From Promethearchaeota archaeon (lineage in GTDB: Archaea > Asgardarchaeota > Lokiarchaeia > Sigyniarchaeales > SOKP01), in assembly GCA_048941285.1 (NCBI GenBank), contig JBHLNS010000014.1:1-64000 (forward strand): a DNA stretch of 64,000 bases, given 5' to 3'. A program made the translations under genes and the position numbers. Shown in pieces: positions 20,474 through 30,670 of this stretch. Below the pieces are notes generated by a model. It was not told the origin of the DNA. It did no database searches and saw only the letters and a program-made list of their open reading frames with translations. Within the stretch, counting starts at the first letter, position 1. Every line of letters starts with the position of its first letter.

Positions 20474-21271
20474 TTAACTAACTTTCTTAAATACCATAAC
20501 TAGGATATCTGGATAAAATCCGCATCCAAATTGTTTAATCTTAATACCATATTTATTCCATACATCTTGAAATTTTCTCGCTTTAACATTATATAATTTA
20601 AATAATTTAGGAGCTTCTTCACAGGCAAATGAAATTTCTTCTCTTGTCTGTTCCATATTCATTTTCTTAAACGTTTTTAGTATAAATTTATGCTCTAATC
20701 GGAATCCAATTCTAGAAAGATACTTGATATAAAATTTAGGAGGATAAAAAATACTATTTAATCCAATGTACTCCCATATCCTCCAATTTAACATACTTGA
20801 AGGTTCATTTCCTTTTACCATTATAGCAATTTCTATAATTCCTTTATTTTTTATAATTCGTCCTAGTTCTAGAAGGGTTAAAATAACTCCATTTTTACCA
20901 AGAGTCATATTTATATCTTCCAATCCTAAAAAATTAACAATGCAATCAAAAGTTTGATCTCTAAAGGCAGTTATTGATGAATCCATTATAATATACTGGA
21001 TATTTTGAGAAATTTCATTCTTTTTAGCACTGGTTCTTTTAAATGAATCAAAATCATTTACTAAACCAATATCTACTATTTTTCCATTAAAACCTTGATC
21101 AATTATAGCGAAAGAGAGAAAACCATGACCAGCGGCTAAATCCATAATGAATTTACTTTTTAATAAATCAAATTTGAGCAAATATGCTACAATTTTTTGC
21201 CGAAAAGAACAAAAATCTCTAAAAATCTCTTTATATTCCTCTTCAGTTAAGAATTTAATATCTTGTTCCAT
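20474..21271 (-). CDS. Class I SAM-dependent methyltransferase
   Basis: IMDLAAGHG motif I, FRDQTFDCIV, RIIKNKG. Confidence 0.85.
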   Translation of the reverse strand: MEQDIKFLTEEEYKEIFRDFCSFRQKIVAYLLKFDLLKSKFIMDLAAGHGFLSFAIIDQGFNGKIVDIGLVNDFDSFKRTSAKKNEISQNIQYIIMDSSITAFRDQTFDCIVNFLGLEDINMTLGKNGVILTLLELGRIIKNKGIIEIAIMVKGNEPSSMLNWRIWEYIGLNSIFYPPKFYIKYLSRIGFRLEHKFILKTFKKMNMEQTREEISFACEEAPKLFKLYNVKARKFQDVWNKYGIKIKQFGCGFYPDILVMVFKKVS

Positions 21272-21405
21272 ATTTTATCCTAGTCTTCATATCTTTATTT
21301 TATTAAATTTTAATTATACCTTATTAACAAAAATTATAAAATCTTGAAGAGAGCAGATACTAAAACAATTCATAGAAAAGATAAAATAGAAGAAATATAA
21401 GTTAT

Positions 21406-21972
21406 TCATCTTATTTGATAAAAGGCAGTTTTAATACTGCTTAAATTAAAAATAGTTGTATCAAACATAAGATATGATGTAAATTGTTCATTTAAAAGAG
21501 GTTCTACCTTATCCAAAAATTTTAATTTTAGGTTTTTCACATGAGGGTCATAACCAGGGTCCATTTTATGAAAAATGAATATTAATTTAGCATCTGGACT
21601 ATATTTTTTAATTTTATTAAAAACACCAGTAAAATACATTACAGAAGGGATAAGTCTATAATAGTCTTGAATATCTATCACATAATAAAAGAATTCGATA
21701 GCATGAAAAAATTTTTCTGGATTCGCCAAATATTCATTACGATAAGTTTCTTGGCCCCCAAAATCCCAAATTATAATTTTTTTATTAAATAAAGTTACAG
21801 GATTTCTTACGACACCTTTAGTTGGGGTCATGATAGGTGGTTTATTTGGAACTTCATCAGATTCTTGGGTAAGTATATTTAAAATAGTGGTTTTACCAGC
21901 ATTTTCCATTCCCATAATTACAATTTTAATTTGTTTATCATCATTTTCTGTATATTCCATTCCTCTTATCAT
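21406..21972 (-). CDS. Small GTPase, Rag/Arf-like (G domain only)
   Basis: G1 GMENAGKTT, G2 PT, G3 WDFGGQ, G4 HKMD (His-type G4 as in Rag/Gtr). Confidence 0.9.
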   Translation of the reverse strand: MIRGMEYTENDDKQIKIVIMGMENAGKTTILNILTQESDEVPNKPPIMTPTKGVVRNPVTLFNKKIIIWDFGGQETYRNEYLANPEKFFHAIEFFYYVIDIQDYYRLIPSVMYFTGVFNKIKKYSPDAKLIFIFHKMDPGYDPHVKNLKLKFLDKVEPLLNEQFTSYLMFDTTIFNLSSIKTAFYQIR

Positions 21973-21993
21973 CTCTAATTTTTAATTTATACC

Positions 21994-22917
21994 TTATATA
22001 AATGAGGATGATTTAATTATACTTGCGATTTTGTTCCAAAATTCTTCTTTATCCCAGCTCTTTTGTTCTTTATATATAGCTGACAATTCAATAAAAATTT
22101 GCTTAACTTTTAAAGATTGAAAATATGTAATCTTTGGGGCAATAACAGCAATCATAAAGTCTTTATTACCACCTCTATACGATTTATCGGGATAGGAGTC
22201 AAAAAACACGTATGCCATGAAATTAAAATTATTTACATTTATTAAAAGGCCCTCAGCACGAGTTATATACTCTTGTCCATATATAGAAGATACTGCATCG
22301 TAAAGTTGACTACTAACTTTTTCAATTGGAATATTTAATTTAATATTTCTAGGAAAATAATCGTCCAATTTTGGTCCAACAACATCATCCCAACTCACTT
22401 CAATTAATACTATTAAATCTTTAAAACTTTCAGAAATTAATCCCGTTTCAATCTCATTTGATAAATAAATCTCACTAATTTTCTCATTAATGATATTAAT
22501 AGTTTTACTACGTTTAAGTTTTCCAAATATCGTTGCGACTAAATCATCTTCATTTATTGGGATTGTGAGATAATCATCTACACCAAGCATTTTTCCAAAT
22601 CGAATATCTTCTGGTGAGTCGAGATTAGAAATAAAAATAAAGGGTATATGACTGAAAGTTGGGCTATTAGAAATTGCATTAAAAAAGGTATAACCATTCA
22701 TTTCTGGCATCATAATGTCGCTAATAATCAGATCAGGATATACTTTTTGCTCTGAAAGAATTTTTAGTGCTTCCTTTCCGTTTTTAGCAGTTATCACTTG
22801 ACATTCGTTAAATTCTAATATTCTCTTTATATCTTTAGTAATACTTGGATCATCTTCGACTATAAGTATCAATGGTTTCAGTTTATATCCCTCCAATGGG
22901 AAAACAATATCTAACAA
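21994..22917 (-). CDS. Response-regulator receiver domain fused to a longin/uDENN-like domain
   Basis: N-terminal ILIVEDD...DLIISDIMMPEMNG. C-terminal IEVSWDDVVGPKL..FP resembles the longin/uDENN beta-hairpin motif, followed by RGG..FMIAV. Confidence 0.75.
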   Translation of the reverse strand: MLDIVFPLEGYKLKPLILIVEDDPSITKDIKRILEFNECQVITAKNGKEALKILSEQKVYPDLIISDIMMPEMNGYTFFNAISNSPTFSHIPFIFISNLDSPEDIRFGKMLGVDDYLTIPINEDDLVATIFGKLKRSKTINIINEKISEIYLSNEIETGLISESFKDLIVLIEVSWDDVVGPKLDDYFPRNIKLNIPIEKVSSQLYDAVSSIYGQEYITRAEGLLINVNNFNFMAYVFFDSYPDKSYRGGNKDFMIAVIAPKITYFQSLKVKQIFIELSAIYKEQKSWDKEEFWNKIASIIKSSSFI

Positions 22918-23002
22918 AAAGCAATTAATATTTATGATTTCCTAAATTTAAATTTAATATTTCAAAATTCAAAAGAGAATTAAAAGAAAAAAATGAATTA
23001 AA

Positions 23003-23386
23003 ATGGATACACAGGAATTTATGAAACATCTAAATAAAATTCAAGAATTGATGGAACGAGAAGATTATAAAAAGGCAATAAATTTAATTGAAAAATTAAA
23101 AAAGGTTGAAAAAGAAGCTGAATTTGGCTATAACCTCACTCATAGGCTATATCAGTTAGATTCTAACTCCCATTCACTTTATAATCAACAAATAATTCTT
23201 GTATATGTCAAAGATTTATCTAAAAAGAAAAATACTATTAGTTTTCAAGAATTAAATCAAATTGTAGCAGCCAAAAAGGAAATTACCCTTTCTGAAGATA
23301 TCCTTAGAAGAGAAATTGAGCTTTTAATATTAAGAAACCAATTACCTTGGAAAATTGAAAAAGACACAATTATTTTAAATTCCTGA
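23003..23386 (+). CDS. Hypothetical helical protein, possible PCI/winged-helix C-terminus
   Basis: ISFQELNQ...LRREIELLILRNQLPWKIEKDTI resembles a wHTH/PCI end. Confidence 0.55.
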   Translation: MDTQEFMKHLNKIQELMEREDYKKAINLIEKLKKVEKEAEFGYNLTHRLYQLDSNSHSLYNQQIILVYVKDLSKKKNTISFQELNQIVAAKKEITLSEDILRREIELLILRNQLPWKIEKDTIILNS

Positions 23387-23398
23387 TAAATTTAAGAA

Positions 23399-25330
23399 CT
23401 ATTGATCTGAAAGTAATGACTCTCTTTTTTCGTTAATCTCCGCAAGAAAAAGGTCCGCAAGTTTTAACCATTTGTTTTTTGATTCTAAATCGCTTATAAT
23501 TTTCCTTGTTAATTCCTTACCTCTCTGAAGATTTTGAATTGCTAATTCAATATTTTCAAGTGCTGTATAGCAAATTCCAATTTTAATATAAGTCTGGTGG
23601 ATAAACCACTCATTAGGATCAATTTCTATTGCTTTTTGGAATTCATTTATTGCTTTTTCATACTCTTTAAAGGTTATTAAAAGTTCTCCGTATGTGTCAT
23701 GATAAATTCCTTTTTCTGGTTCACTCTTTAAAAGTTCGCCAAGAATTTTCAAAGCTTCTTGTTTTTTACCTAAATAAGATAACCAATAAGCTTTATAATT
23801 ATGAAGAGAATTGTCTTCAGGATATTTTTCAACTAATTTTTCTATGATTTTTAATCCTGCTTCGAGATTTTTATCTTTTTTAAGTGTATATGCCTTTTTA
23901 ATCAAGATATCAATTTCTTTTTCAGGAAAGAGTGTTATCATATTTTCTAATACTTCTATTACATCTTTATATTGGTTGAAATAGAGTAGAATTCTAATTT
24001 TTGAATAATACAATTCATAATTATTTGGATTTAAGTTGATTTCGCGATTAATTTCTTTAATTTTTTCATTGTATTGAGATTCTAACATTTCAGCATCCTC
24101 TGATTGTATAATCTCTGCTATGTTCTGCCAAATTATTCCTTCTAGTTTATCATAAGCCTCTGTTAATTCCTTTTTTATCTCTATTTTATATGCTAAATAT
24201 TTTATATATTGAGGTAAAAATTCTCTCAATGATTCTTTGAAATCACCATGGAATAACACTTTACAAAGTTCTTCAAGAATCCCATCTATAATAGAATTTA
24301 AGCTCCCTGACTTTCCAAATTTCTCCAAATATTTGTTTGATGCAATATGCTCTTCGGTAATTGCTCTAAGTATCCTCTCTAATTTTTCATCTGAATGAAA
24401 ATAATAATATTTATTTGAAGAAATATCTAATTTAAAAAACTTTAAATCGTATAAGTCGCTTTCTACGATTTCATTTACCCAAAAATCAAGTATCCTCTTT
24501 TTAATATTAAAAAATCTCGAAAAATCTTCAAAAGACAGATAATCTGGATAAAAATTAGGATGATTCATTGATAAAAAAAGTAAAATTTTATGAAAATCCT
24601 CTTCATCTTTTAATATTGCGCTAACCTTTGAATAGTCTAATTTTAGCACATTATTCAAAAATCTAAATTTTACATGATCATCCGTTATGTTAAACTTATT
24701 AAAAAACTGTGAAGTTTTTGTGGTAATAGCATCAATTCTTTTTTTTTCCTCCTCCAATATTGTTTGTCTGTCCAAATTATATTGTTGTAGAATCCTTGAA
24801 TATTCTGATTTTCCTGATTGAGTTATTATGTATCTTTTATTTTCTTTGGTGAGAAATCCTTTTTGAATTAACATATTTAGGCTTTTTGATAATGAGGATT
24901 GATTAATTGAGAAGGGTTCTTCAAGAAAATCAGATCTTTTGCAAAAACCATTATTATAAACCATCCATAGAATCCAATGAGAATAATTCCTGCCCCTTTT
25001 CAAAATGACTTGAGGGGGATAACTTAATTTTCGTTTCTTTTTGCTTTCTTTTGATAGTACATGAAATCTCTGTTTTCCTTTCGGGGTTATTCTGTATTGT
25101 CCCCTAGAAAATTTCTCAATATATCCTTTGAGGATTAATTTTGTAAAATGACGCGATAATGTGGCAATAGGAATTTCAATAGGCTTTTGCTCAAAATCAG
25201 ACCATTCACAACTTTCATTATTAGCTAACATCCAGAGAATTATATGCTCGTAATTCCTTCTTTGTAGCTTCGAGGGGTTAAGAATCTCTTCTACCGGATA
25301 ATTTAACTGTCCCATTCTATATGAAAACAA
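23399..25330 (-). CDS. Tandem winged-helix plus TPR protein, putative transcriptional regulator
   Basis: Two repeats (RNY.H.ILWM...C..SDF...P..I....LS....L..KG......Y.IT..GK); C-terminal TPRs (YHDTYGELL, EFQKAIEIDP). Confidence 0.85.
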   Translation of the reverse strand: MFSYRMGQLNYPVEEILNPSKLQRRNYEHIILWMLANNESCEWSDFEQKPIEIPIATLSRHFTKLILKGYIEKFSRGQYRITPKGKQRFHVLSKESKKKRKLSYPPQVILKRGRNYSHWILWMVYNNGFCKRSDFLEEPFSINQSSLSKSLNMLIQKGFLTKENKRYIITQSGKSEYSRILQQYNLDRQTILEEEKKRIDAITTKTSQFFNKFNITDDHVKFRFLNNVLKLDYSKVSAILKDEEDFHKILLFLSMNHPNFYPDYLSFEDFSRFFNIKKRILDFWVNEIVESDLYDLKFFKLDISSNKYYYFHSDEKLERILRAITEEHIASNKYLEKFGKSGSLNSIIDGILEELCKVLFHGDFKESLREFLPQYIKYLAYKIEIKKELTEAYDKLEGIIWQNIAEIIQSEDAEMLESQYNEKIKEINREINLNPNNYELYYSKIRILLYFNQYKDVIEVLENMITLFPEKEIDILIKKAYTLKKDKNLEAGLKIIEKLVEKYPEDNSLHNYKAYWLSYLGKKQEALKILGELLKSEPEKGIYHDTYGELLITFKEYEKAINEFQKAIEIDPNEWFIHQTYIKIGICYTALENIELAIQNLQRGKELTRKIISDLESKNKWLKLADLFLAEINEKRESLLSDQ

Positions 25331-25522
25331 AAATTAAATTTCAATAGGTATAAATTGGGAACATTTCTATATATATCTATTTTTCAAAACTTTCACAAAT
25401 CTTCGGAATTTCCAAGGAACTGCCGAAAGTGGAACTATAAATGGATGGAAATCTACATTTTTCATTGATCATCATCTTGATGATAAAAATACAAAAAAAA
25501 ACGACTGAAATATCAAAACGAG

Positions 25523-25927
25523 TTGATAGAAATGAGTGATCTTAAATTAATAACCAAAATTACCCTATTCTGGTATGGGATTGCTGGAATCATATTTGCT
25601 GCCATGTACATTTTTCTAACAGATTTATACATCGCAATGGTAATGTGGCCATTCTACGATCCTTTTCTTATGTGGATAGCAGGAGCTAACATGTTGGCTT
25701 TAGGAATTGTCTCTCTTTTTGCGCTATTTTCAAAGAAAGACTGGCAAGACATAAAGATTTTAATTTTTCTTTTTGTAATTTATCTTGTTGTGATGCTCAT
25801 CACGACTATTGCAGGCATAGTAGTGCTATTGCCGGTAGCCGGAGTTCCGTCCCAGACAATGAATGCAGTAATCCTGGTACTCAACTTAATCTTAGGATTA
25901 GCCAGTTGGTTCCTGCAAAAAAGATAA
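25523..25927 (+). CDS. 4-TM membrane protein (start probably ATG 25532)
   Basis: Four hydrophobic helices; followed by a T-tract. Confidence 0.75.
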   Translation: MIEMSDLKLITKITLFWYGIAGIIFAAMYIFLTDLYIAMVMWPFYDPFLMWIAGANMLALGIVSLFALFSKKDWQDIKILIFLFVIYLVVMLITTIAGIVVLLPVAGVPSQTMNAVILVLNLILGLASWFLQKR

Positions 25928-25935
25928 TTCTAAAT

Positions 25936-25953
25936 CTTCCTTTTTTTTTTCTT
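25936..25953 (+). terminator. Oligo-T archaeal-type terminator
   Basis: cttcctttttttttt immediately after the stop at 25927. Confidence 0.5.
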
Positions 25954-25956
25954 ATA

Positions 25957-26131
25957 TTCATAAGGTTAAATCCTAATTTATTAAAATTATGTCTCACACA
26001 AAGTGAAATTAACTATAAAAACAGGTTAAATTCAAAATTTCTTTTCTTCACATTAAATTTAAAATGATAATTAGCTTAGTATTTTCATAAGGTTATAACC
26101 CAAATCTAGTAAATTAATGTCTCACGCAGAG
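25957..26131 (+). repeat. Imperfect direct repeat (~47 bp) of the upstream region and first codons of the TPR-longin gene
   Basis: 25957-26003 ttcataaggttaaatcctaatttattaaaattATGtctcacacaaag vs 26084-26131 ttcataaggttataacccaaatctagtaaattaATGtctcacgcagag. Confidence 0.8.
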
Positions 26132-28060
26132 CTAAACCAATTAACGAAAGCGGAATACTTTTTTAATACTTGCAAGATTGATGAGGCTCTTGAACTATTA
26201 AACGATGATAGTTTGTATGAGGGACTTGATCTTGAGCAGAAAAGATACTTTCAATTCCTTAAGGGCTTAATTCTTTTATATCGACATGATATCGAAGAAG
26301 CTATTCAGGTAGGTGAACAAATGCTAAAAGAAGGCCAAAAATATAATGATAATGTCTACTCGTTTGATGGACTATTTCTTATTATTGATGGACTGGTTAT
26401 AACTTATAAATTTGAGGAAGCAAAAATAAAAATTGAAGAAGCTGAAAATGTATTAGAACTTATTTCCACTAAATCTAGAAAAATTTTAATGCTAAGAGAG
26501 GTTCGTTTAGATTTATTAAGAGCTGCGATGAATATTGAGCTAAACAATTTTGATATAGCAGAAATGTACTTAAAAAAACTTTTTGAATCTCAAAAAGAAC
26601 TTGGAAATAGATGTGAATTTGCTAGGGCAAATTTGATACTGGCAAGGATTATGATGTGGGGAAAAAGTAGATTCGATCTTGCTTTGGACTGTTCTAAAAA
26701 AATATTATCAATAGCAAAGGAAATCAAATTTAACCATTACTGGATCGCTGTAGGTAATGCTGTTGCGGCGGTATCATATCAAAGCATTGGGGAGTTAGAG
26801 GATAGCTTAGAACATTGTATGAAAGTTGATGAAATTATTAAAAAATTTAAAAGTAATTTATATATTGCGGGTACATTAAATAATATAGGAAATCTCCATG
26901 CTGAGCTTGGCGATTATGAAATGGCTTTGCAATATTTAGAGGAAAGTTTAAAATTTTGGGAGCTCGATCCTTTACGAATAGAAGGTTGTATTGACAGTAT
27001 AATAGCTGTAGCTCTTAAAAAGGGAGATATTGTTCTTGCTCAAAAGTATTTCCAACGCTTAGAAAATATCTATAATCAAGCACCCAATAGTCAATACTGC
27101 GAATTTGTTTACAACTATAATAAAGCTTTAATTTTGAAAAATAGTTCTCGAATCAGAGATAAAGCTAAAGCTGAAAAATTATTTAAACGTATATTAAAGA
27201 CAGAAACTACAATTGCTGACATAAAAATTAACTCATATATTCATCTTTGCGATTTATTTTTTGCTGAATACCGTGTGAATAAGAATGATGAAGTTCTTGA
27301 AGATATTAATCAAAATATTTCTCAATTATTAGCTATTGCTGAGAAATCAAAGTCATATATAGTTTTCTGCGAAACTTTCATATTACAAGCTAAATTGGCT
27401 TTATTAACTTTTAATGTAAAAGCTGCCCGACGCTTTTTGACCCAAGCACAGAAGATTGCAGAATCATACGGGTTAAAACGACTAGTAATGAAAATTTCAA
27501 TAGAACATGATTACTTACTAAAAGAATTGCATAAATGGGAAATCTTTAGTGAATCCAATGCAAGTCTGACGGAGCGCATTGAATTAGCTCGAATAGATGA
27601 TCAAATGACAGACATGCTAAAAAAGCGATCAATGAAACTACCAATGATTTCACAAGAAGATCCTGTTATGATTTTAATCTTAACAGAGGGAGGCAATCTT
27701 TTGTTCTCTAAAAAATTTAAAATGGATTTTTCTTTTGAAGATGATATTTTAGGAGGTTTCCTAACTACTGTAAATTACGTTATTAATGAGGTATTTTCTG
27801 AAAGTCTTGATAGGGCGGTTTTTGGTCAATACACGCTTCTTATGATGCCCCTTAAACCATTTTTAGTGTGTTATGTCTTTAAGGGGGCTTCATATTACGC
27901 TTACCATAAGATTAAAAATTTTCTTGATTCAATTCAGAAGGATAATCTTATTTGGCAATCTTTGCAGAATTTTTTCCAAGAGAGTAAATCAGTTGAATTA
28001 CATAATATTCCAAAACTTGATTCGTTAATAAAAGAAATCTTTGTTGAGGAAAAAAATTAG
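26117..28060 (+). CDS. TPR-repeat protein with C-terminal longin-like domain
   Basis: TPRs (TLNNIGNLHAELGDYEMALQYLEESL); C-terminal MILILTEGGNLLFSK...DDILGGFLTTV longin-like fold. Confidence 0.82.
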   Translation: MSHAELNQLTKAEYFFNTCKIDEALELLNDDSLYEGLDLEQKRYFQFLKGLILLYRHDIEEAIQVGEQMLKEGQKYNDNVYSFDGLFLIIDGLVITYKFEEAKIKIEEAENVLELISTKSRKILMLREVRLDLLRAAMNIELNNFDIAEMYLKKLFESQKELGNRCEFARANLILARIMMWGKSRFDLALDCSKKILSIAKEIKFNHYWIAVGNAVAAVSYQSIGELEDSLEHCMKVDEIIKKFKSNLYIAGTLNNIGNLHAELGDYEMALQYLEESLKFWELDPLRIEGCIDSIIAVALKKGDIVLAQKYFQRLENIYNQAPNSQYCEFVYNYNKALILKNSSRIRDKAKAEKLFKRILKTETTIADIKINSYIHLCDLFFAEYRVNKNDEVLEDINQNISQLLAIAEKSKSYIVFCETFILQAKLALLTFNVKAARRFLTQAQKIAESYGLKRLVMKISIEHDYLLKELHKWEIFSESNASLTERIELARIDDQMTDMLKKRSMKLPMISQEDPVMILILTEGGNLLFSKKFKMDFSFEDDILGGFLTTVNYVINEVFSESLDRAVFGQYTLLMMPLKPFLVCYVFKGASYYAYHKIKNFLDSIQKDNLIWQSLQNFFQESKSVELHNIPKLDSLIKEIFVEEKN

Positions 28061-28165
28061 AAGAATTATATCATTCATTTGCTCCTATTCACCAAAATTT
28101 TATATTAAACTAAACCTAGTCTAACATTAAAAAGAATTTTATTTTCATTAAGACATAGAAATCTA

Positions 28166-28708
28166 ATGAAGAATTCTGAGACATTTCGGTTTAAGATAGT
28201 AGTTGTTGGAGATGGTGCAGTAGGAAAAACGTCCTTAATTAAGAAATTCACAAAAGGAACATTTGAAAAGGATTATGTAAAAACGATTGGTGCTCAATTT
28301 TCAAAATATAACAAGGAATTTAATGGAGATACGGTTAAATTAGTATTTTGGGATATAGCAGGACAAGATGATTTCAATTTTTTACATCACCTATTTTATA
28401 AAGAGAGCAAAGCAGCGATCATAGTATATAGCCTTGAACAAAATGAACTTGGTCAAAATAGCTTTGCTCATATAAAGAATTGGTTTGAAGTAATAGATAA
28501 AAATTGTGGAACTATTCCGATTGTTTTATTTGTCAATAAAGTTGATTTAGTGGATGAAAAATGTATAAATACATCAAAAATCCAAAGACTTGTTGATGAT
28601 CATAATTTTTTAAAATTTTTTTTCACATCAGCTAAAACAGGACAAGGGGTAGTTGAGGCATTCAATGCAATTATAGAGCAGTTATATTTAAAGTTCAAAA
28701 CTTTTTAA
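28166..28708 (+). CDS. Rab-like small GTPase
   Basis: GDGAVGKTS, TIG, WDIAGQ, NKVD, SAKTG; no C-terminal prenylation Cys. Confidence 0.95.
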   Translation: MKNSETFRFKIVVVGDGAVGKTSLIKKFTKGTFEKDYVKTIGAQFSKYNKEFNGDTVKLVFWDIAGQDDFNFLHHLFYKESKAAIIVYSLEQNELGQNSFAHIKNWFEVIDKNCGTIPIVLFVNKVDLVDEKCINTSKIQRLVDDHNFLKFFFTSAKTGQGVVEAFNAIIEQLYLKFKTF

Positions 28709-28844
28709 CAACACTTTTAATCTCATTTCTTTTTTAATGAGAACTTAGGGATAACGCTGTTTATATGACTGATATAAAAAAATATTGGTTTTTTTAAATC
28801 TACTTTTAAACTATCACTTAAATAGATAATGCGTTGATTTTTTA

Positions 28845-29465
28845 TTGATTATTGATCACTGTCAAAAAACAATTAGCCTAAAAATTGTATATTTTGGGCC
28901 TGCTCTTTCAGGTAAGACTACTTCAATTAAAGCTTTATTCTCTCAATTTGGAAAAGAAAAAGAAATATTGAGTATTAAGAGTACGGTAGATAGAACTTTA
29001 TTTTTTGATTATGGGACGGTTACATTTCAAAACCAAGAATGGGGGTTAAAAATCCATATCTACACTACCACAGGACAAGATTTCTATTTTGTAACCCGTC
29101 CTATTACTTTAAGGGCTGTCGATGGTGTAATTTTTGTTATTGACTCTCAAGACGAAGTTTTCGACAGGAATCTAATCTCTTGGCAAGAATTAATCTCCTA
29201 CTTTAATAATTCATTCGATGATCTTCCAATCCTTATAGCTTTTAATAAACGGGATCTAGAAGATTTATTTAACCCAATAGAATTCCTAAGTGCAATCAAA
29301 TATCATAAATATAAGAATATAGGTACAAGATATACTAGTGCAAAAAGAGGTGAAGGAATCTTAAATTGTTTTGAAGATATTTTAAGATTAGTATTTAGTA
29401 AATATTATAATAATAAGTTGGTTTCAACTATAAATCAAAGAAGTATCAATCTAAGTAATTTTTAA
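28845..29465 (+). CDS. MglA-like small GTPase
   Basis: KIVYFGPALSGKTT, DRTLFFD, YTTTGQ (T replaces D in G3), NKRD, SA..GEG. Confidence 0.88.
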   Translation: MIIDHCQKTISLKIVYFGPALSGKTTSIKALFSQFGKEKEILSIKSTVDRTLFFDYGTVTFQNQEWGLKIHIYTTTGQDFYFVTRPITLRAVDGVIFVIDSQDEVFDRNLISWQELISYFNNSFDDLPILIAFNKRDLEDLFNPIEFLSAIKYHKYKNIGTRYTSAKRGEGILNCFEDILRLVFSKYYNNKLVSTINQRSINLSNF

Positions 29466-30670
29466 AAGAAGCTTGCTTCAGCAACAGGGGATTGTATTCT
29501 AATTTTTTGCTGTGTATTATCTTCTAAAATACTTATTAAAGCTGTGATATTTTGCTTTGTCTTATAAATAATTTCTTTCTCTTCTCCTTTTCTCCAATTA
29601 TTAAAGCCAGTTAAGTGTGATGCTGTTTCGAATAATCCTTCCTGTAATCCTGTAATTACAGCGGTCACACCATATAAATCTTTATTTGAAATATTTTTTA
29701 TTTTTAAAATATATTTATCAATATCAGAATCTATTGATACAACTTTATAGATCTTTTGAAATTTCGAAATACCATCAAATAAAGATGAAGCTGCGGCGGT
29801 TCCTTCTGAAAATAAATCTACACCTAATTTTTCTTTAGATATTTGGCCCGTTGTTATAGTAATTGGAATTTCCAATTTGACTGGTTCTTGTCCAAATTCT
29901 GGTCTCTTTTTTCCTATAATTAAAAGAGACCATTTCGTATATGCCCCATAACGAAAACCAAACATCTCTTTCTCTGAAGGTGACCAAAAATAATTATGAC
30001 TCGGTTCTGCAACTTCAGGAACTTTTAATAGAACAAAATCTTTTTCAAAATTTTGAGTCTTTACATCTCCAGCAATTGCAGGAGGAAGTTCTTCAACTTT
30101 TCGACAACTTTGCCCATAAGCTTCACAATAGCAGACTAAATTTGAATTTTGGAGTAATCTGATTTCAAGTTGCTTAAGTTCTTCCGAAGCGTACCCAATC
30201 TTTATTGTTTCTCCAGGTTTAAACACATCTTTAGTAAGAAGAACATTTAATCCTGAAATTGAAAATGAAATTGGTTTTGGTACTTTCGTGAACCCAGAAT
30301 TTCTTGATTTTATCTTAATATCATGAGTTTTGTTAATAACTAAATCATCTTCAGGATTAATTGGATTGGGTTGTCTTAAAATTAGTTTTAAAGAATAATT
30401 TAGATTTCTATTGCTTATTGTCGGAACCACATTACTTTTAATTAAAAGAGAGCGTTCTCTGATATACTCTCCTGGCTCAAAATGTCCTTTTGAAAAAATT
30501 TCTTCTTTTGAAACTTGTAATTCTTTCAAACAAGGTGGATTGGTTATTAATCTCACACCACTCCACAAAATATCAGTCTCTTCTTCAAATTTGAACTTAA
30601 CAAGAACATTTAATTTGTCCCCAATAAAGACAGAACCTTTATTTAAATCAGCTAACTCTAATTTTACCAA
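29462..30670 (-). CDS. Arrestin/Vps26-fold-like protein with an extra C-terminal beta domain
   Basis: Beta-rich; FEPGEYIRE..LI...VVPT....LNYSLKLILRQP resembles arrestin-N; second sandwich begins KDVFKPGETIKI. Confidence 0.6.
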   Translation of the reverse strand: MVKLELADLNKGSVFIGDKLNVLVKFKFEEETDILWSGVRLITNPPCLKELQVSKEEIFSKGHFEPGEYIRERSLLIKSNVVPTISNRNLNYSLKLILRQPNPINPEDDLVINKTHDIKIKSRNSGFTKVPKPISFSISGLNVLLTKDVFKPGETIKIGYASEELKQLEIRLLQNSNLVCYCEAYGQSCRKVEELPPAIAGDVKTQNFEKDFVLLKVPEVAEPSHNYFWSPSEKEMFGFRYGAYTKWSLLIIGKKRPEFGQEPVKLEIPITITTGQISKEKLGVDLFSEGTAAASSLFDGISKFQKIYKVVSIDSDIDKYILKIKNISNKDLYGVTAVITGLQEGLFETASHLTGFNNWRKGEEKEIIYKTKQNITALISILEDNTQQKIRIQSPVAEASFF

